Origin: a virus
Reading direction: 5' to 3' (one strand)
Virus record (IMG/VR): IMGVR_UViG_3300008952_000005
Location: 96,001 to 160,000 of that record
DNA: 64,000 nucleotides
In this document: one piece after another, positions 45,255 through 55,316 of the stretch
Numbering within the stretch: the first letter of the stretch is position 1
Layout of the letters: each line of letters starts with the position of its first letter
The notes under the pieces: generated by a model
Seen by the model: only the letters and a program-made list of their open reading frames with translations
What the model was told of the DNA's origin: nothing
Database searches by the model: none
Made by a program: the position numbers and the translations under genes

Positions 45255-46233
45255 CTATCTTATCTAATACTTCTTTTGTAAAATATTTATCTGGATTCTC
45301 ATTGACATTTTTACCAAATACTTTAGAACCATCTGGCATTTCATATCTTGTTGATACTTTCTTAAAGATACCTGCCTCTTCACCTAGTTCTAATAGTCCA
45401 TAATGTTTGTCCAACCCTTTTTTATAAGTTAACTTGACATCAATTTGAGCGTTTTCTTTTGTTATTCTTGATTTGTATATTTTACAATGTATTATATTTC
45501 CAATAACCTCGGTACCCAATTTCTCTTTTCGTTTACCAAGATAGATGATTGTTGAAGCAGCGTATTTCAATCCTGAACCGCCACCCATTTCTTTTTGTGG
45601 GAACATTGAACCAATAACATCATACGTGTGATTGGTCATTAACATAGGAACATTTGCTTGTCCTAGTTTAAGTGTTAAAACTCTAAATGTAGATTTGACA
45701 ATTTGTGACCTTGTCATATCTCTTGTTTCTTTACCTTCTGCTGTGTCGGTCATTTCTTTTGTAGTAGATAGCATTCCTAAACTATCTAACACAAACATTA
45801 AAGGTTGTCTATCTTTTTCGTCTTGTTCTAAATATTTGTCTACTATTTTAATTGCTTGACTTCTAAATTCTTGTACTGTTGATACTGGTACTACTACAAC
45901 TCTTTTACTATCAACACCTCTTGACTCTATCATATCTTTTGATACTGCATTTTCTGATTCAAACAGAACAACGCCTGCGTCTTTGTCTTTATCTAAAAAT
46001 CGTTTGAGAATACCTAATGCGAAAAATGTTTTACCAGTTGCTGCCTCACCTGCAATTGCTGTAATACGGTTGCCTGGTAACCCACCGTAAATTGAACCTG
46101 AAAGAAGAGCATTAAAAGAATAAGAACCTGTATCTATAAATGAAGTTACATCACCTGCTGTGATACCTTCACTTGCTAGACTAGCAAATTCATTTCCTGT
46201 TTCTTTAATAATCTCTTTTAGAAAGTCTTTCAT
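45211..46233 (-). CDS. uvsX: RecA-like recombinase
   Basis: [47 protein letters not shown]. Confidence 0.93.
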   Translation of the reverse strand: MKDFLKEIIKETGNEFASLASEGITAGDVTSFIDTGSYSFNALLSGSIYGGLPGNRITAIAGEAATGKTFFALGILKRFLDKDKDAGVVLFESENAVSKDMIESRGVDSKRVVVVPVSTVQEFRSQAIKIVDKYLEQDEKDRQPLMFVLDSLGMLSTTKEMTDTAEGKETRDMTRSQIVKSTFRVLTLKLGQANVPMLMTNHTYDVIGSMFPQKEMGGGSGLKYAASTIIYLGKRKEKLGTEVIGNIIHCKIYKSRITKENAQIDVKLTYKKGLDKHYGLLELGEEAGIFKKVSTRYEMPDGSKVFGKNVNENPDKYFTKEVLDKIDEHARQKFTYGSEE

Positions 46234-46378
46234 ACTCTTTATATTCCTCTTCTGAATAATTTAATACATAAAATTTTATATTGTTAATATAACATAATTC
46301 CTTCACCGAGTCAAGTTCCTTTGGCAGAAAATTATGACTAATGTAATCATCTGGTCTTCTATAAATCGTTATTCTCAC
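46205..46378 (-). CDS. 57-aa hypothetical (GTG start, not in ORF track)
   Basis: [26 protein letters not shown]... fills the gap between genes. Confidence 0.4.
   Translation of the reverse strand: MRITIYRRPDDYISHNFLPKELDSVKELCYINNIKFYVLNYSEEEYKEYERLSKRDY
46286..46314 (-). promoter_or_regulatory. sigma70-like promoter for uvsX-gp41
   Basis: TTGACT-N17-TATATT with TG extension. Confidence 0.65.
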
Positions 46379-46649
46379 GATACTTTTTCCATCCTAAAGG
46401 TATATACCATAGTATAATAACTATCGGTATGGAAATAACAACCCAAAAATGCTGTGGGTGTTTATAATATACCATCATACCAATAATACTTCCTATATCT
46501 ATAACGCTATGTATAGAAATCCACCAACCATAGGTTAGTTTCTCTATAATTTTCTTTCGTAAATTTCTTAAATAGGAACAGTAATGCCTTGACATAGCAA
46601 AACCATCATTGATGATGAATATAACCAAACATAAATAAAAGTAATCCAT
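46359..46649 (-). CDS. small membrane protein
   Basis: about three hydrophobic segments. Confidence 0.6.
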   Translation of the reverse strand: MDYFYLCLVIFIINDGFAMSRHYCSYLRNLRKKIIEKLTYGWWISIHSVIDIGSIIGMMVYYKHPQHFWVVISIPIVIILWYIPLGWKKYRENNDL

Positions 46650-46657
46650 ATTATTAT

Positions 46658-47887
46658 TTATATAAACGCCTCTAACGTCCCTACTCTTGCGTGTTTAAAT
46701 AGGTCTATCTTCTCTCCAAAGCACCAAATATTCTCAATATAAGTCATTGCCATAAAGACATTCAACTCTTCTTTTGTTTTAAACTTTTTAGTACCTTGTG
46801 GTCTTTGCATAATCCTCATACCAATTTGACCTAAAAACTTATCTTTAAATCTATCAACTAGTTCATCACTTGACCTATATCTAGTACCCTTAATCTTTGG
46901 ATCCATAATATTAACAAACATAAATTTTGATTTACTCATTGTCTTTTCTGCAACTGGAAGATAAAAACTATCTCTCCATTTATCATACTCATTAAACTTA
47001 TGCCAAGATTGTAGTTCTTCTTTCTCACCGCCTTTATTATATTGTTCAGTACTAAAATAAGGTGGACTTGTAAACGCACAATCTATATCTGGTAGTTCGT
47101 TATAAGGTAAATCTTCTGCACCACAATTCCATATCTTAACAGTTTTGTTTTTAAAGAATTTACTATACTCTTCTATTTGTTTTTGATAATTCTTATACGT
47201 ATTTGGATTAGGGTCGCAACCATAATAATGTGTTGCCTTACTAGCAAAGAAACCAGCTAGTCTATCTCCCCAACCACAACTCGTATCTAATACTGTTTCT
47301 GCATTGGTCATATCGTATATTGTTTTTGCAACAACTGGTTTAAATTGTGTTGCAACATATGTACCTAATCTTATTGCTTCTCTATAACTATTTGGTGATA
47401 AATCTTTGGTACTATTCACACCTCTCCATAATGCACCTAAACATTTCCATATATCTTTTGCATTACCATTTTTAAAAACTTCAATTGGTGCTCTAAAACT
47501 ATAACTTGAACAATTTAATCTTAACTCTTGATGAAAATAATTACTACATTTATTATATATTGAAGGAGCGTCAATTAGTCCTAGACCATATTTTGAATAA
47601 GGATACTTATAGTCATCATACTTTTCAAATATATCTTTATGACTTTGTTCATTAGGTGTACAAAGTTTGCTAGTATCAAACTTACTTAATTTTATTATAT
47701 TATCTTTCATAACATCATATGAAATTTTATTTAAAGGAAATTCTGGTCTATGTTCAGCAATATATTCTGATAATAGTTCTCTAAATTTTTCTTTACCTAT
47801 TTCATCTGTCCAATTTTTAAATTGGATAGAATCCATTATAGGCAATCTATTTTCGTCTGCGAATTGTTTAAGGTCTAGGTTTTTCAT
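46658..47887 (-). CDS. amino (N4C/N6A) DNA methyltransferase-like protein
   Basis: TQFKPVVAK, VLDTSCGWGDRLAG, GCDPN, FTSPPYF..EQY. Confidence 0.8.
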   Translation of the reverse strand: MKNLDLKQFADENRLPIMDSIQFKNWTDEIGKEKFRELLSEYIAEHRPEFPLNKISYDVMKDNIIKLSKFDTSKLCTPNEQSHKDIFEKYDDYKYPYSKYGLGLIDAPSIYNKCSNYFHQELRLNCSSYSFRAPIEVFKNGNAKDIWKCLGALWRGVNSTKDLSPNSYREAIRLGTYVATQFKPVVAKTIYDMTNAETVLDTSCGWGDRLAGFFASKATHYYGCDPNPNTYKNYQKQIEEYSKFFKNKTVKIWNCGAEDLPYNELPDIDCAFTSPPYFSTEQYNKGGEKEELQSWHKFNEYDKWRDSFYLPVAEKTMSKSKFMFVNIMDPKIKGTRYRSSDELVDRFKDKFLGQIGMRIMQRPQGTKKFKTKEELNVFMAMTYIENIWCFGEKIDLFKHARVGTLEAFI

Positions 47888-47963
47888 TGTTCCATAATAT
47901 TAATAATAACATTGGTATTATAATACATAAAGCTGATAAAGTTAATGCAAGTAATAATGTCAT
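47868..47963 (-). CDS. 31-aa membrane peptide (not in ORF track)
   Basis: MTLLLALTLSALCIIIPMLLLILWNNEKPRP; ATGA overlap. Confidence 0.45.
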   Translation of the reverse strand: MTLLLALTLSALCIIIPMLLLILWNNEKPRP

Positions 47964-49009
47964 ACAAAAAACGGATTCACTTTCTTTAATCTCTTCTCTA
48001 TGTCTTTAAAATAATTCTTTTCTCTTTCTATCAAGTAATACTTACGACCTTCTAATAACGCCGCTTCTCCAGTAGTACCTGTACCTGCAAATGGATCCAA
48101 TACTGTTCCATCTTTAGGTGTAACTAACTTAACAAGATATCTCATTAACTCTAATGGTTTAACTGTAGGGTGTTCTGTATTTCCTTTTTCTTTTTTGCTT
48201 GCCTTGGCACAATAGAAAAATCTAGCAGCCGTACCTGTATCTCCTTGAAATGATTTACCATCATCACCTCTTTTTTTATATTCGTGGTCATAAAATAAAA
48301 AACTACCTTTTTCTTTTTGTACAGGTGCTTTTGCTCCTTTATCTTCACCAAATTTTCTAAACTCTTCTATAACTTCTTCTGATCCGTCGTGTATAACATT
48401 AGCGGGATATCTTCCATCTATTTTTTCTCCTGTACCAATTTTCTTTAAACCTAATTTATAAACTGCCTCTTTATGTTTTTTAGGTTCTCTTCTGTTTTTA
48501 GTTGTGTCCCACTCATATCCAGGCACTCTACACTCATCTATGTTTAAACTTTTATTAACACCCTTACGTGCCATTACAATTGGTTCACACGCAGGTTTTA
48601 AATAGTTTTTTCTTTTAGGAAAACCACTACCATATAACCATTGTATCATATCAAATATTTCAAACCCAGCGTCTTCTACTGCAACTGCCATTCTATGATA
48701 ATTTCTAGTGGCAGCAAATGATAAGAGTACTGCACCTGGTTTCATAACTCTATATACTTCTTTCCAAAAATCTTTATTAAATGCTATATCACCACCGTCC
48801 CAAGTCTGTCCCATAAATCCTTTTGCCGCTCTATGATAAGGACCATTACGTCCTTCTTTCTCATCTTTATTATTAATGCCTTTTTGACCTGGACCAAATC
48901 GTTTAAGTATAGACGCCAAATGATATGGTGGATCAGTTACACACGAATCAAATCTATTATCTTCAAGTGTTTTTAAATGTTCTAAACTTTCTGCGTTTTT
49001 AATATCCAT
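47960..49009 (-). CDS. beta-class N6A/N4C DNA methyltransferase
   Basis: VTDPPY, WLYGSGFPK, HPTVKPLELMRYL, VLDPFAGTGTTG. Confidence 0.9.
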   Translation of the reverse strand: MDIKNAESLEHLKTLEDNRFDSCVTDPPYHLASILKRFGPGQKGINNKDEKEGRNGPYHRAAKGFMGQTWDGGDIAFNKDFWKEVYRVMKPGAVLLSFAATRNYHRMAVAVEDAGFEIFDMIQWLYGSGFPKRKNYLKPACEPIVMARKGVNKSLNIDECRVPGYEWDTTKNRREPKKHKEAVYKLGLKKIGTGEKIDGRYPANVIHDGSEEVIEEFRKFGEDKGAKAPVQKEKGSFLFYDHEYKKRGDDGKSFQGDTGTAARFFYCAKASKKEKGNTEHPTVKPLELMRYLVKLVTPKDGTVLDPFAGTGTTGEAALLEGRKYYLIEREKNYFKDIEKRLKKVNPFFV

Positions 49010-49130
49010 ATGCCTTACCTAAAAATCTCACTACTAATAAAAATATAATAAACTGGTAGAGTTTTATATTAGTATTCTGTGCTAGAAAACCTCCAAACAA
49101 TACAGCAAAAAACATTATAAAGTTGTTCAT
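48999..49130 (-). CDS. 43-aa membrane peptide (not in ORF track)
   Basis: MNNFIMFFAVLFGGFLAQNTNIKLYQFIIFLLVVRFLGKAYGY; ATGA overlap with gp43. Confidence 0.45.
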   Translation of the reverse strand: MNNFIMFFAVLFGGFLAQNTNIKLYQFIIFLLVVRFLGKAYGY

Positions 49131-51616
49131 CCTAAAAATGCCTCCAGACTTGCTTTCTTTTCGTGTTCCCAACCTATTGAATTTAATATAAATCTCATAG
49201 GGTCTAGGAAAGTTTTCTCAAACTGTACTTCATAATCAATATACTCTTGTAGATTAAACTCTTTTGGTAGTTTAGTTATATAACTAATCACATCAAACTT
49301 AAATGGATTTGCTTGTAGTAATTTAATAAACTTAATCTTATCTCCTTCTTGTATATAAGGATACTTATTCTGCAATCCAAATTCTTTTATTTGATGATTA
49401 TAAATCAAAGAACCTTTAACGTGTATTGGTGTACCTTTGATAAACACATCTTTACTACTAGCATATTTTCTCATATTATTACAAGACCTTGGAAATGATA
49501 TCTGCTCAGCAGACATACTCATAAATTCTTTTTTGAAACCTGCAATGAAAGTATGTAAATCAGATTGTTCTTTTGACATAATTATTTTAATTGCTTCTTT
49601 AATCTTACCTCGGCATACTTGTGGAGTTGAAGATTTAATTGCCTCTACACCCATAATCTTTAGTTTAGGTTCAGACAATCTTACATCTTCCTCATCTAAT
49701 ACATTTAACATATATCTTTTTTTCGCAACCCATATACCTTTGTTCGCAATAACTTCACGTGCCATAACCATTGCGTTCTTAAATGCGTTGGTATAGTCTG
49801 CAATGTCTTCAAATTGTTTTGCGATAAACGGTTCCAATTTGTTATCACATACCTTAGCAAGAAAATCACATACTTGTTGGTCTGTTTTATCTTTACAAGT
49901 CTTCTCTACAAGTTTATCAAACGATACATAAATTGAATCTGTATCAGACGCTAGTACATAATCTATTTCATTATGTGTTTGTAATATTTGATTTAGATAT
50001 TCATTTACTTTTTGTTCTACAAATCTAATAATGAATTGTCCTGCTGTAGTTACAGCACTTGCTTGTGCTATATCATAATATCTAAAGTACTGATTACCTA
50101 TTGCACCATAACAACTGTTTAATGCAATCTTTCTTGCCCATTGTACATTATGACATCTAGCAATTTCTTTTTTTAAATCGTTTGTTGGATTCTTTTGATA
50201 TTCTCTTTGTGCTTTTAACTCACGTTTCTTATATATCACACGGTCTTTATAAATCTTTTCAATCATTTCAGGTAAGAACCCTTGACTATCTCTTTTAAAC
50301 ATTGCACCGTTAGGTGTTATACAAGCACCTTCAGTTTTTAAATAATCTAGGGGTGTCTTCTTACTCAACATTTTATTCACAGAAACACCAGATGGTTTAA
50401 CACCTAATATTTTTTCGGGAGAAATATTATATTGTACAATAATATGTGGATAAAGAGAGTTGATATCAAAAGACACCACCCATTTTTGCATACCAAGTCT
50501 AGGTTCTTTCACATACGCACCTTCATACTTGGTGTCCTTTACGTGGTCCTCTCTAGGAGGTACACAAATCTTTTTTGTCATCAAGTGGTTTGCGATTAAT
50601 GTATCCCAAACTCTCACCTGTGAGAAAATATCGTTATAGTTTACTTTAGTTTCATACGCAAAGGTTAAAGATAAATCAATTAACCCTAACTTGTCTTCTA
50701 AACCATCAACTATTTCTACGTCTTGAATATTATACTCTACGAATTTTTGAAAATCTTTTGTATAGAAATCTTTAAATGTTGGATATGGATTTTCTACTTT
50801 AGTTTCACCTAATTCAGTTTCACCTATAAAAGATAATCTATAACTCTCTTGTCTTACTGGTATAAACCATTTATATAAATCAAGATAATCTAACATTGCA
50901 ATACCAAACAATGAATAATATGTATTAGGTCTACCTCTTATAATTATTTCTTCTTTATGTATTAAGTTCCAAGGCGACATTCTACTTGCAACTTTAGCAC
51001 CTGCAACTAATTGAATTCTATTCATCAAGTATGGTAGGTCAAAGAATTTAGTATTCCAACCTGTAATAACATCTGGATAGTTCTTCAACCAGAATTTCAT
51101 AAACTCCATTATTAAATGTCTTTCATCTGTACATTTAATATAAGTTATGTCTGTACGTAAAGTTTTAAACTCACCAACACCCCACGTTATAAGTTGTTTG
51201 TTTGATTGATTCTTAACTGTAATACATAATAGTTCTTCAACTGGATTATTTACTTCTGGAAATCCATTTTCACAGGTACATTCTATATCTAATGTAAATA
51301 TTTTAATTAATTCTTTTGACCACTTAACTTGTTTTGTATACTCTTCATTGATGTATTGATAATGAAATCTATCAAGTCCATAGACTGGTGCATTTTTAGT
51401 AGCGACATCACGTTTAAATCTACGAGCAGCGTCAATAGATGAAAAAGTAATAGGTCTTAAATTATGTCCTTGTAATGATTTAAATTCTTCTTGATGTTGT
51501 GATACTGAATATAATGTTGGAGAAAAATTAATCCTCTCTTTAAACTCTTTGCTATCTCTTACACCTCTAACAAGTAGTTTGCCTTTATGTTCTATTACAT
51601 TTTTATAAAAGTTCAT
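49127..51616 (-). CDS. gp43: family B DNA polymerase
   Basis: DIEC exonuclease I, GWNTKFFD, SFDINSLYP, KIALNSCYG, SDTDS, KKRY. Confidence 0.97.
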   Translation of the reverse strand: MNFYKNVIEHKGKLLVRGVRDSKEFKERINFSPTLYSVSQHQEEFKSLQGHNLRPITFSSIDAARRFKRDVATKNAPVYGLDRFHYQYINEEYTKQVKWSKELIKIFTLDIECTCENGFPEVNNPVEELLCITVKNQSNKQLITWGVGEFKTLRTDITYIKCTDERHLIMEFMKFWLKNYPDVITGWNTKFFDLPYLMNRIQLVAGAKVASRMSPWNLIHKEEIIIRGRPNTYYSLFGIAMLDYLDLYKWFIPVRQESYRLSFIGETELGETKVENPYPTFKDFYTKDFQKFVEYNIQDVEIVDGLEDKLGLIDLSLTFAYETKVNYNDIFSQVRVWDTLIANHLMTKKICVPPREDHVKDTKYEGAYVKEPRLGMQKWVVSFDINSLYPHIIVQYNISPEKILGVKPSGVSVNKMLSKKTPLDYLKTEGACITPNGAMFKRDSQGFLPEMIEKIYKDRVIYKKRELKAQREYQKNPTNDLKKEIARCHNVQWARKIALNSCYGAIGNQYFRYYDIAQASAVTTAGQFIIRFVEQKVNEYLNQILQTHNEIDYVLASDTDSIYVSFDKLVEKTCKDKTDQQVCDFLAKVCDNKLEPFIAKQFEDIADYTNAFKNAMVMAREVIANKGIWVAKKRYMLNVLDEEDVRLSEPKLKIMGVEAIKSSTPQVCRGKIKEAIKIIMSKEQSDLHTFIAGFKKEFMSMSAEQISFPRSCNNMRKYASSKDVFIKGTPIHVKGSLIYNHQIKEFGLQNKYPYIQEGDKIKFIKLLQANPFKFDVISYITKLPKEFNLQEYIDYEVQFEKTFLDPMRFILNSIGWEHEKKASLEAFLG

Positions 51617-51941
51617 CTGGTCTCAAATGGAGAATTAAACCGTCAAGGTCTTTAGTAAGTTTTATTTGACAACTTAATCTACTAACACCTGGTTTATATC
51701 CTCTTTCATATTCTAATTGTTCTTCTTCTATTGATAAGTCTTTTGGTTTTGGTACTTTGTCTATCCACTTCTCATCAACATATACGTGGCACGTACAACA
51801 CATACAATTACCACCACAATCGGCAGGAATTTCTGGTATTGGTACGTGTGATTCAAATTTCGCTGCCTCCATTGCACTCAAACCTTCTTTAGTCTGAACA
51901 CGAATCTTGGATCCGTCCCTTACAAAATATACATCTATCAC
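51603..51941 (-). CDS. fdx: 2Fe-2S ferredoxin (ISC/adrenodoxin type)
   Basis: CGGNCMCCTCHVYV...SRLSCQI. Confidence 0.88.
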   Translation of the reverse strand: MIDVYFVRDGSKIRVQTKEGLSAMEAAKFESHVPIPEIPADCGGNCMCCTCHVYVDEKWIDKVPKPKDLSIEEEQLEYERGYKPGVSRLSCQIKLTKDLDGLILHLRPDELL

Positions 51942-52273
51942 TTATCTAATGTAGGCAAACCTGTTTCAGTTATTAACTGTTTTTTAGGTGTTACAATAGA
52001 TGAAGTACTACTGACATAGTTTTGTGTAATATGTTCTTTTGGTTTTGTTATAGATACAACTTTATCTGCGTTGACTTCAACAATATCTCCATCTGAATAT
52101 GGAGCGTAAGGCGTCATCATCAACTGTATAGGTTGTCCCTTTGCTGATTGTGTTGGTATGATAACGTACCCTTTATGTATTGTGATAACTTTTGAACCTA
52201 CTGTAATTTTTCCGATAACATCTTCTCCAGTTATCAATCTACAGATTAAGATTTTAGTTTCGCTAAGTGCCAT
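51938..52273 (-). CDS. conserved T4-like hypothetical (Sm-like beta protein)
   Basis: RLITGEDVIG...MTPYAPY pattern. Confidence 0.6.
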   Translation of the reverse strand: MALSETKILICRLITGEDVIGKITVGSKVITIHKGYVIIPTQSAKGQPIQLMMTPYAPYSDGDIVEVNADKVVSITKPKEHITQNYVSSTSSIVTPKKQLITETGLPTLDK

Positions 52274-52292
52274 TATATTTCTCCTTGATTAT

Positions 52293-52321
52293 AATATATC
52301 ATAGAATTAAAAATTAGTCAA
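52293..52321 (-). promoter_or_regulatory. sigma70-like promoter upstream of the fdx-gp43 unit
   Basis: TTGACT-N17-TATATT with TG extension. Confidence 0.7.
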
Positions 52322-52631
52322 TGCTAGTTCTAGGTACAAATGGTGTATACCCTTGTTCTTCTGCTTTTTGGTCGTCTTCTCCTACAATGGCATTAACTTC
52401 TGGAACATAATGCTTAAGCATATCTTCCACACCTTGATGTAATGTTTGTTTAGACATTGCACATCCTGAACAACTACCTGCTAGTTCTAATTTTGCAACA
52501 CCTAAATCCATATCAAAGTCTAAATAATTTATAAACCCACCGTGTTGAGCCACAGCAGGAGCAACTTTATCTTCCAAGATAAATTTAATGTCCTTTGCTA
52601 TCTCTTCTTTACTTCTGGTTATCTCAACCAT
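52314..52631 (-). CDS. NifU/NfuA C-terminal domain Fe-S carrier
   Basis: VAPAVAQHGGFI, LAGSCSGC, TLHQGVEDML; start moved to MVEIT. Confidence 0.88.
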   Translation of the reverse strand: MVEITRSKEEIAKDIKFILEDKVAPAVAQHGGFINYLDFDMDLGVAKLELAGSCSGCAMSKQTLHQGVEDMLKHYVPEVNAIVGEDDQKAEEQGYTPFVPRTSID

Positions 52632-52644
52632 TGTAGACCTTTCT

Positions 52645-52848
52645 TTAGTTTTTTTGTAAGTTAATTGCTGAATTGCCTTTAGGCGTTTCAGTAATATCAA
52701 AAGATATTTGGTCACCTTCGTTCAGTTCTAAATTTGCTTCTTGAACCGCTGAAGAATGAACAAAAACATCTTTTTCGCTATCTTCTCTAGCAATAAAACC
52801 ATAACCCTTTGTCGGGTTAAACCATTTTACTTTTCCGTTTATACTCAT
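52645..52848 (-). CDS. cspA: cold-shock protein
   Basis: GKVKWFNPTKGYGFI (RNP1), DVFVH (RNP2); start moved to MSING. Confidence 0.93.
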   Translation of the reverse strand: MSINGKVKWFNPTKGYGFIAREDSEKDVFVHSSAVQEANLELNEGDQISFDITETPKGNSAINLQKN

Positions 52849-52849
52849 C

Positions 52850-54262
52850 TTATTTTTTATTTTCTCCTTTCTTATCATCTAAACTATATTTTGTCGTAAT
52901 TATATATTTTCTATTAGGGTTAACCATAACATTAAATCTATTCATAGTTTCCCTATCAAATAATATTTTAGATTTTTCATCCCTATCATCTAGGGTAAAT
53001 TCTACTTCTTTGTAATATCCACCTGCAAATTTTACATCAAGTTTAATTACTATTCTTTCTTCTTTATAATCTCTTAATCCACCTACTTCAATTGTTTGCT
53101 TACGTACTATATCGTTTGATAGTGTCTTACCTTCTAACGACCAAGTAACTTTACCACCTGATTTTTTTATTTTATCAGCGTGTATAACAGACGTACCTGA
53201 ATTACCTGTATCAAATTTACCTACTATACGTCCAAATGGATGTATGTAGACAACTTCTTTATACCCACACATAGTTGGAACTTTTTTCCAATGTTCTCTA
53301 TTTTCAAAGTGTTGTATAATTTCTTTACTTAAATTTCTATTTGTTGCTTCTTCTATACCTTCTGTACCTGGTGAAGAGTTAACTTCAATAACAAATGGTT
53401 CTTCGTTTACTCTATCTGCTGACGGTATAAAATCTACTGCAACCCATTGACCATCTACTGCCTTAGCAGCTTTTAAACTTTCTTCTGTTTCTAATTTTGT
53501 TAATTTTAATTCTTCTACTTCTGCACCTCTTGATACATTACTTCTAAAATCTCCTGGCACTACGTGTCTTTTCATAGCAGCAAATACTTTACCTTGTAAT
53601 ACTAAAACTCTAGCATCCCATTTAGTTTTTATATATTGCTGTAATAATATATCAGAATCCTCATCTTGTTTATTAAGTAATTGTACTATTGAATCTAATG
53701 ATTTTTCTGATTCAATAAACAAGACACCAACACCTTTTGAACCTCTTAATGTCTTTAAGATAACAGGAAACTTTTCTTCTAAACTATTAAAAGATTCCAT
53801 TGAATTTTCTGGATCAGTTACCAATACTGATTTAGGTTGTCTAATACCATAGTCTGCTAATCTTAATGAAGTTCTATATTTGTCGGCACACATACTAACA
53901 CATTCTCTACTATTAACTACACACACTTGGTGTTTTTCTAATCTTGATACCAAGTCCATCCAACTATCTCTACGTACTACTGAACCTCTTATAACAGCAA
54001 CTGTATCTCTTGCCGATACTCTAAATCCTTTGTTGTCATCTTGATTATGGAAATACATTTCTCCATCATCTTCAACAGTTACATACCCACCAGTATTTCT
54101 ATAGATGTATGACTTATGACCAAGCTTATCTGCTTGTTTCATTAAGTTCTTTGCTGTATGGAAATTTAAATCATTTTCAGGTTCATCTGATATAATGATT
54201 AATCTATATGATCCAGAAGTTTTTGCTTCTGTTATGTAATCTTTGAATTTTGGTATCTGCAT
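52850..54262 (-). CDS. RimK-like ATP-grasp ligase fused to a RimK-associated aspartic protease domain
   Basis: DKYRT, PVILKTLRGSKGVGV, LLQQYI, DFRSNVSRG, IEVNSSPG, then KFDTGN; N-terminus MQIPKFKDYITE. Confidence 0.85.
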   Translation of the reverse strand: MQIPKFKDYITEAKTSGSYRLIIISDEPENDLNFHTAKNLMKQADKLGHKSYIYRNTGGYVTVEDDGEMYFHNQDDNKGFRVSARDTVAVIRGSVVRRDSWMDLVSRLEKHQVCVVNSRECVSMCADKYRTSLRLADYGIRQPKSVLVTDPENSMESFNSLEEKFPVILKTLRGSKGVGVLFIESEKSLDSIVQLLNKQDEDSDILLQQYIKTKWDARVLVLQGKVFAAMKRHVVPGDFRSNVSRGAEVEELKLTKLETEESLKAAKAVDGQWVAVDFIPSADRVNEEPFVIEVNSSPGTEGIEEATNRNLSKEIIQHFENREHWKKVPTMCGYKEVVYIHPFGRIVGKFDTGNSGTSVIHADKIKKSGGKVTWSLEGKTLSNDIVRKQTIEVGGLRDYKEERIVIKLDVKFAGGYYKEVEFTLDDRDEKSKILFDRETMNRFNVMVNPNRKYIITTKYSLDDKKGENKK

Positions 54263-54730
54263 TTATTCATCACTCATTGGACTCGTAGTTGATGTTGTTT
54301 TTAATTCTTTTTTCTTGTCGTCCACTTTCTTCCCAATGTTGTACTTAGCAGATAACGTCCACTCTTTCTTTTCTTTAAATGGTAATACTTTTATCTGACT
54401 CAATGGTGCTTTATCTTCTGTTATATCCTTTTTAACTATATCAATTAAGTTCCAATCTTGTAATAATAAAGATATGGTATTTCTTCTTTGAATATCGTTT
54501 TGAGTTAATGTAGATTTTTTACCATCTAATGCAAATAATTCCTTGAAATGGACTATATAATATTTGCCTTGCTTGTGTAATATATGACAAGATTGATATA
54601 ATGTTTTATCTTTACGACTCGCCACACCTATTCTTGTTAACGTTTCCCTGACTTTTAAAAAATCATCAGGTTGTTTAATGGTCACCTCAAGCATATCGCC
54701 TTGTGACCAACTAATAATATCCTCACTCAT
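54263..54730 (-). CDS. regA: translational repressor RegA
   Basis: PDDFLKVRETLTRIGVAS, LYQSCHILHKQG.YYIVHFKELF. Confidence 0.95.
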   Translation of the reverse strand: MSEDIISWSQGDMLEVTIKQPDDFLKVRETLTRIGVASRKDKTLYQSCHILHKQGKYYIVHFKELFALDGKKSTLTQNDIQRRNTISLLLQDWNLIDIVKKDITEDKAPLSQIKVLPFKEKKEWTLSAKYNIGKKVDDKKKELKTTSTTSPMSDE

Positions 54731-55122
54731 TTAAACTTTCTCCCACCTTGTATAAGGTTTAATTTAAGTCTTTCAATTTGGTCATCTGTAAGTATGTTGA
54801 GTACTTCCTTTGCTTTTATATTGCTATATCCATAATACTTTTTTACAACGTCTAGGTTCTTCAACTTGGTTTTTGATAACCACCTACCTCCAAATCGCCT
54901 TTTCTTTCGTATACTATTTATGAAATAATGAAATTGCATACGTTTAGGAAGAAAATGATAACCGTTCATTTCATTACTATGCATTACGGTATCATAGAAC
55001 ATAGATAGACAACGGTTAATTACAAAGGGTGGGTATTTCTTTTCCCAAGTCGGGTCTGGTGTGTCTAATAAATTCTCTTTTGATTCATTAATTGCTTTAA
55101 GATAATCAGAAAGTTCGTACAT
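54727..55122 (-). CDS. gp62: clamp loader small subunit
   Basis: YPPFVINRCLS, NEMN, KKYYGYS; synteny with gp44 and regA. Confidence 0.88.
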   Translation of the reverse strand: MYELSDYLKAINESKENLLDTPDPTWEKKYPPFVINRCLSMFYDTVMHSNEMNGYHFLPKRMQFHYFINSIRKKRRFGGRWLSKTKLKNLDVVKKYYGYSNIKAKEVLNILTDDQIERLKLNLIQGGRKFK

Positions 55123-55307
55123 TATTTAAACCAATGCATATACGCTAGATATGGTACTAATATTGGATAGACCACGTGTTCAACAATTTCATATAAAACA
55201 AGTACAGTTAATGCTATTGCCCACCACTTACTTGTTTTTGCTTTTTTAGAAACATAGCCAAATACTTTACTATGCCATTTACCTATCTTCTGTACTATTG
55301 CGTTCAT
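55122..55307 (-). CDS. small membrane protein
   Basis: WWAIALTVLVLYEIVEH TM. Confidence 0.6.
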   Translation of the reverse strand: MNAIVQKIGKWHSKVFGYVSKKAKTSKWWAIALTVLVLYEIVEHVVYPILVPYLAYMHWFK

Positions 55308-55316
55308 TAATATCCT

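Noticed and set aside
14447-51616. Inteins or introns in nrdA, nrdB, gp41, uvsX and gp43
   Set aside because: All are continuous ORFs of ordinary length with no splice or LAGLIDADG/HNH motifs noticed
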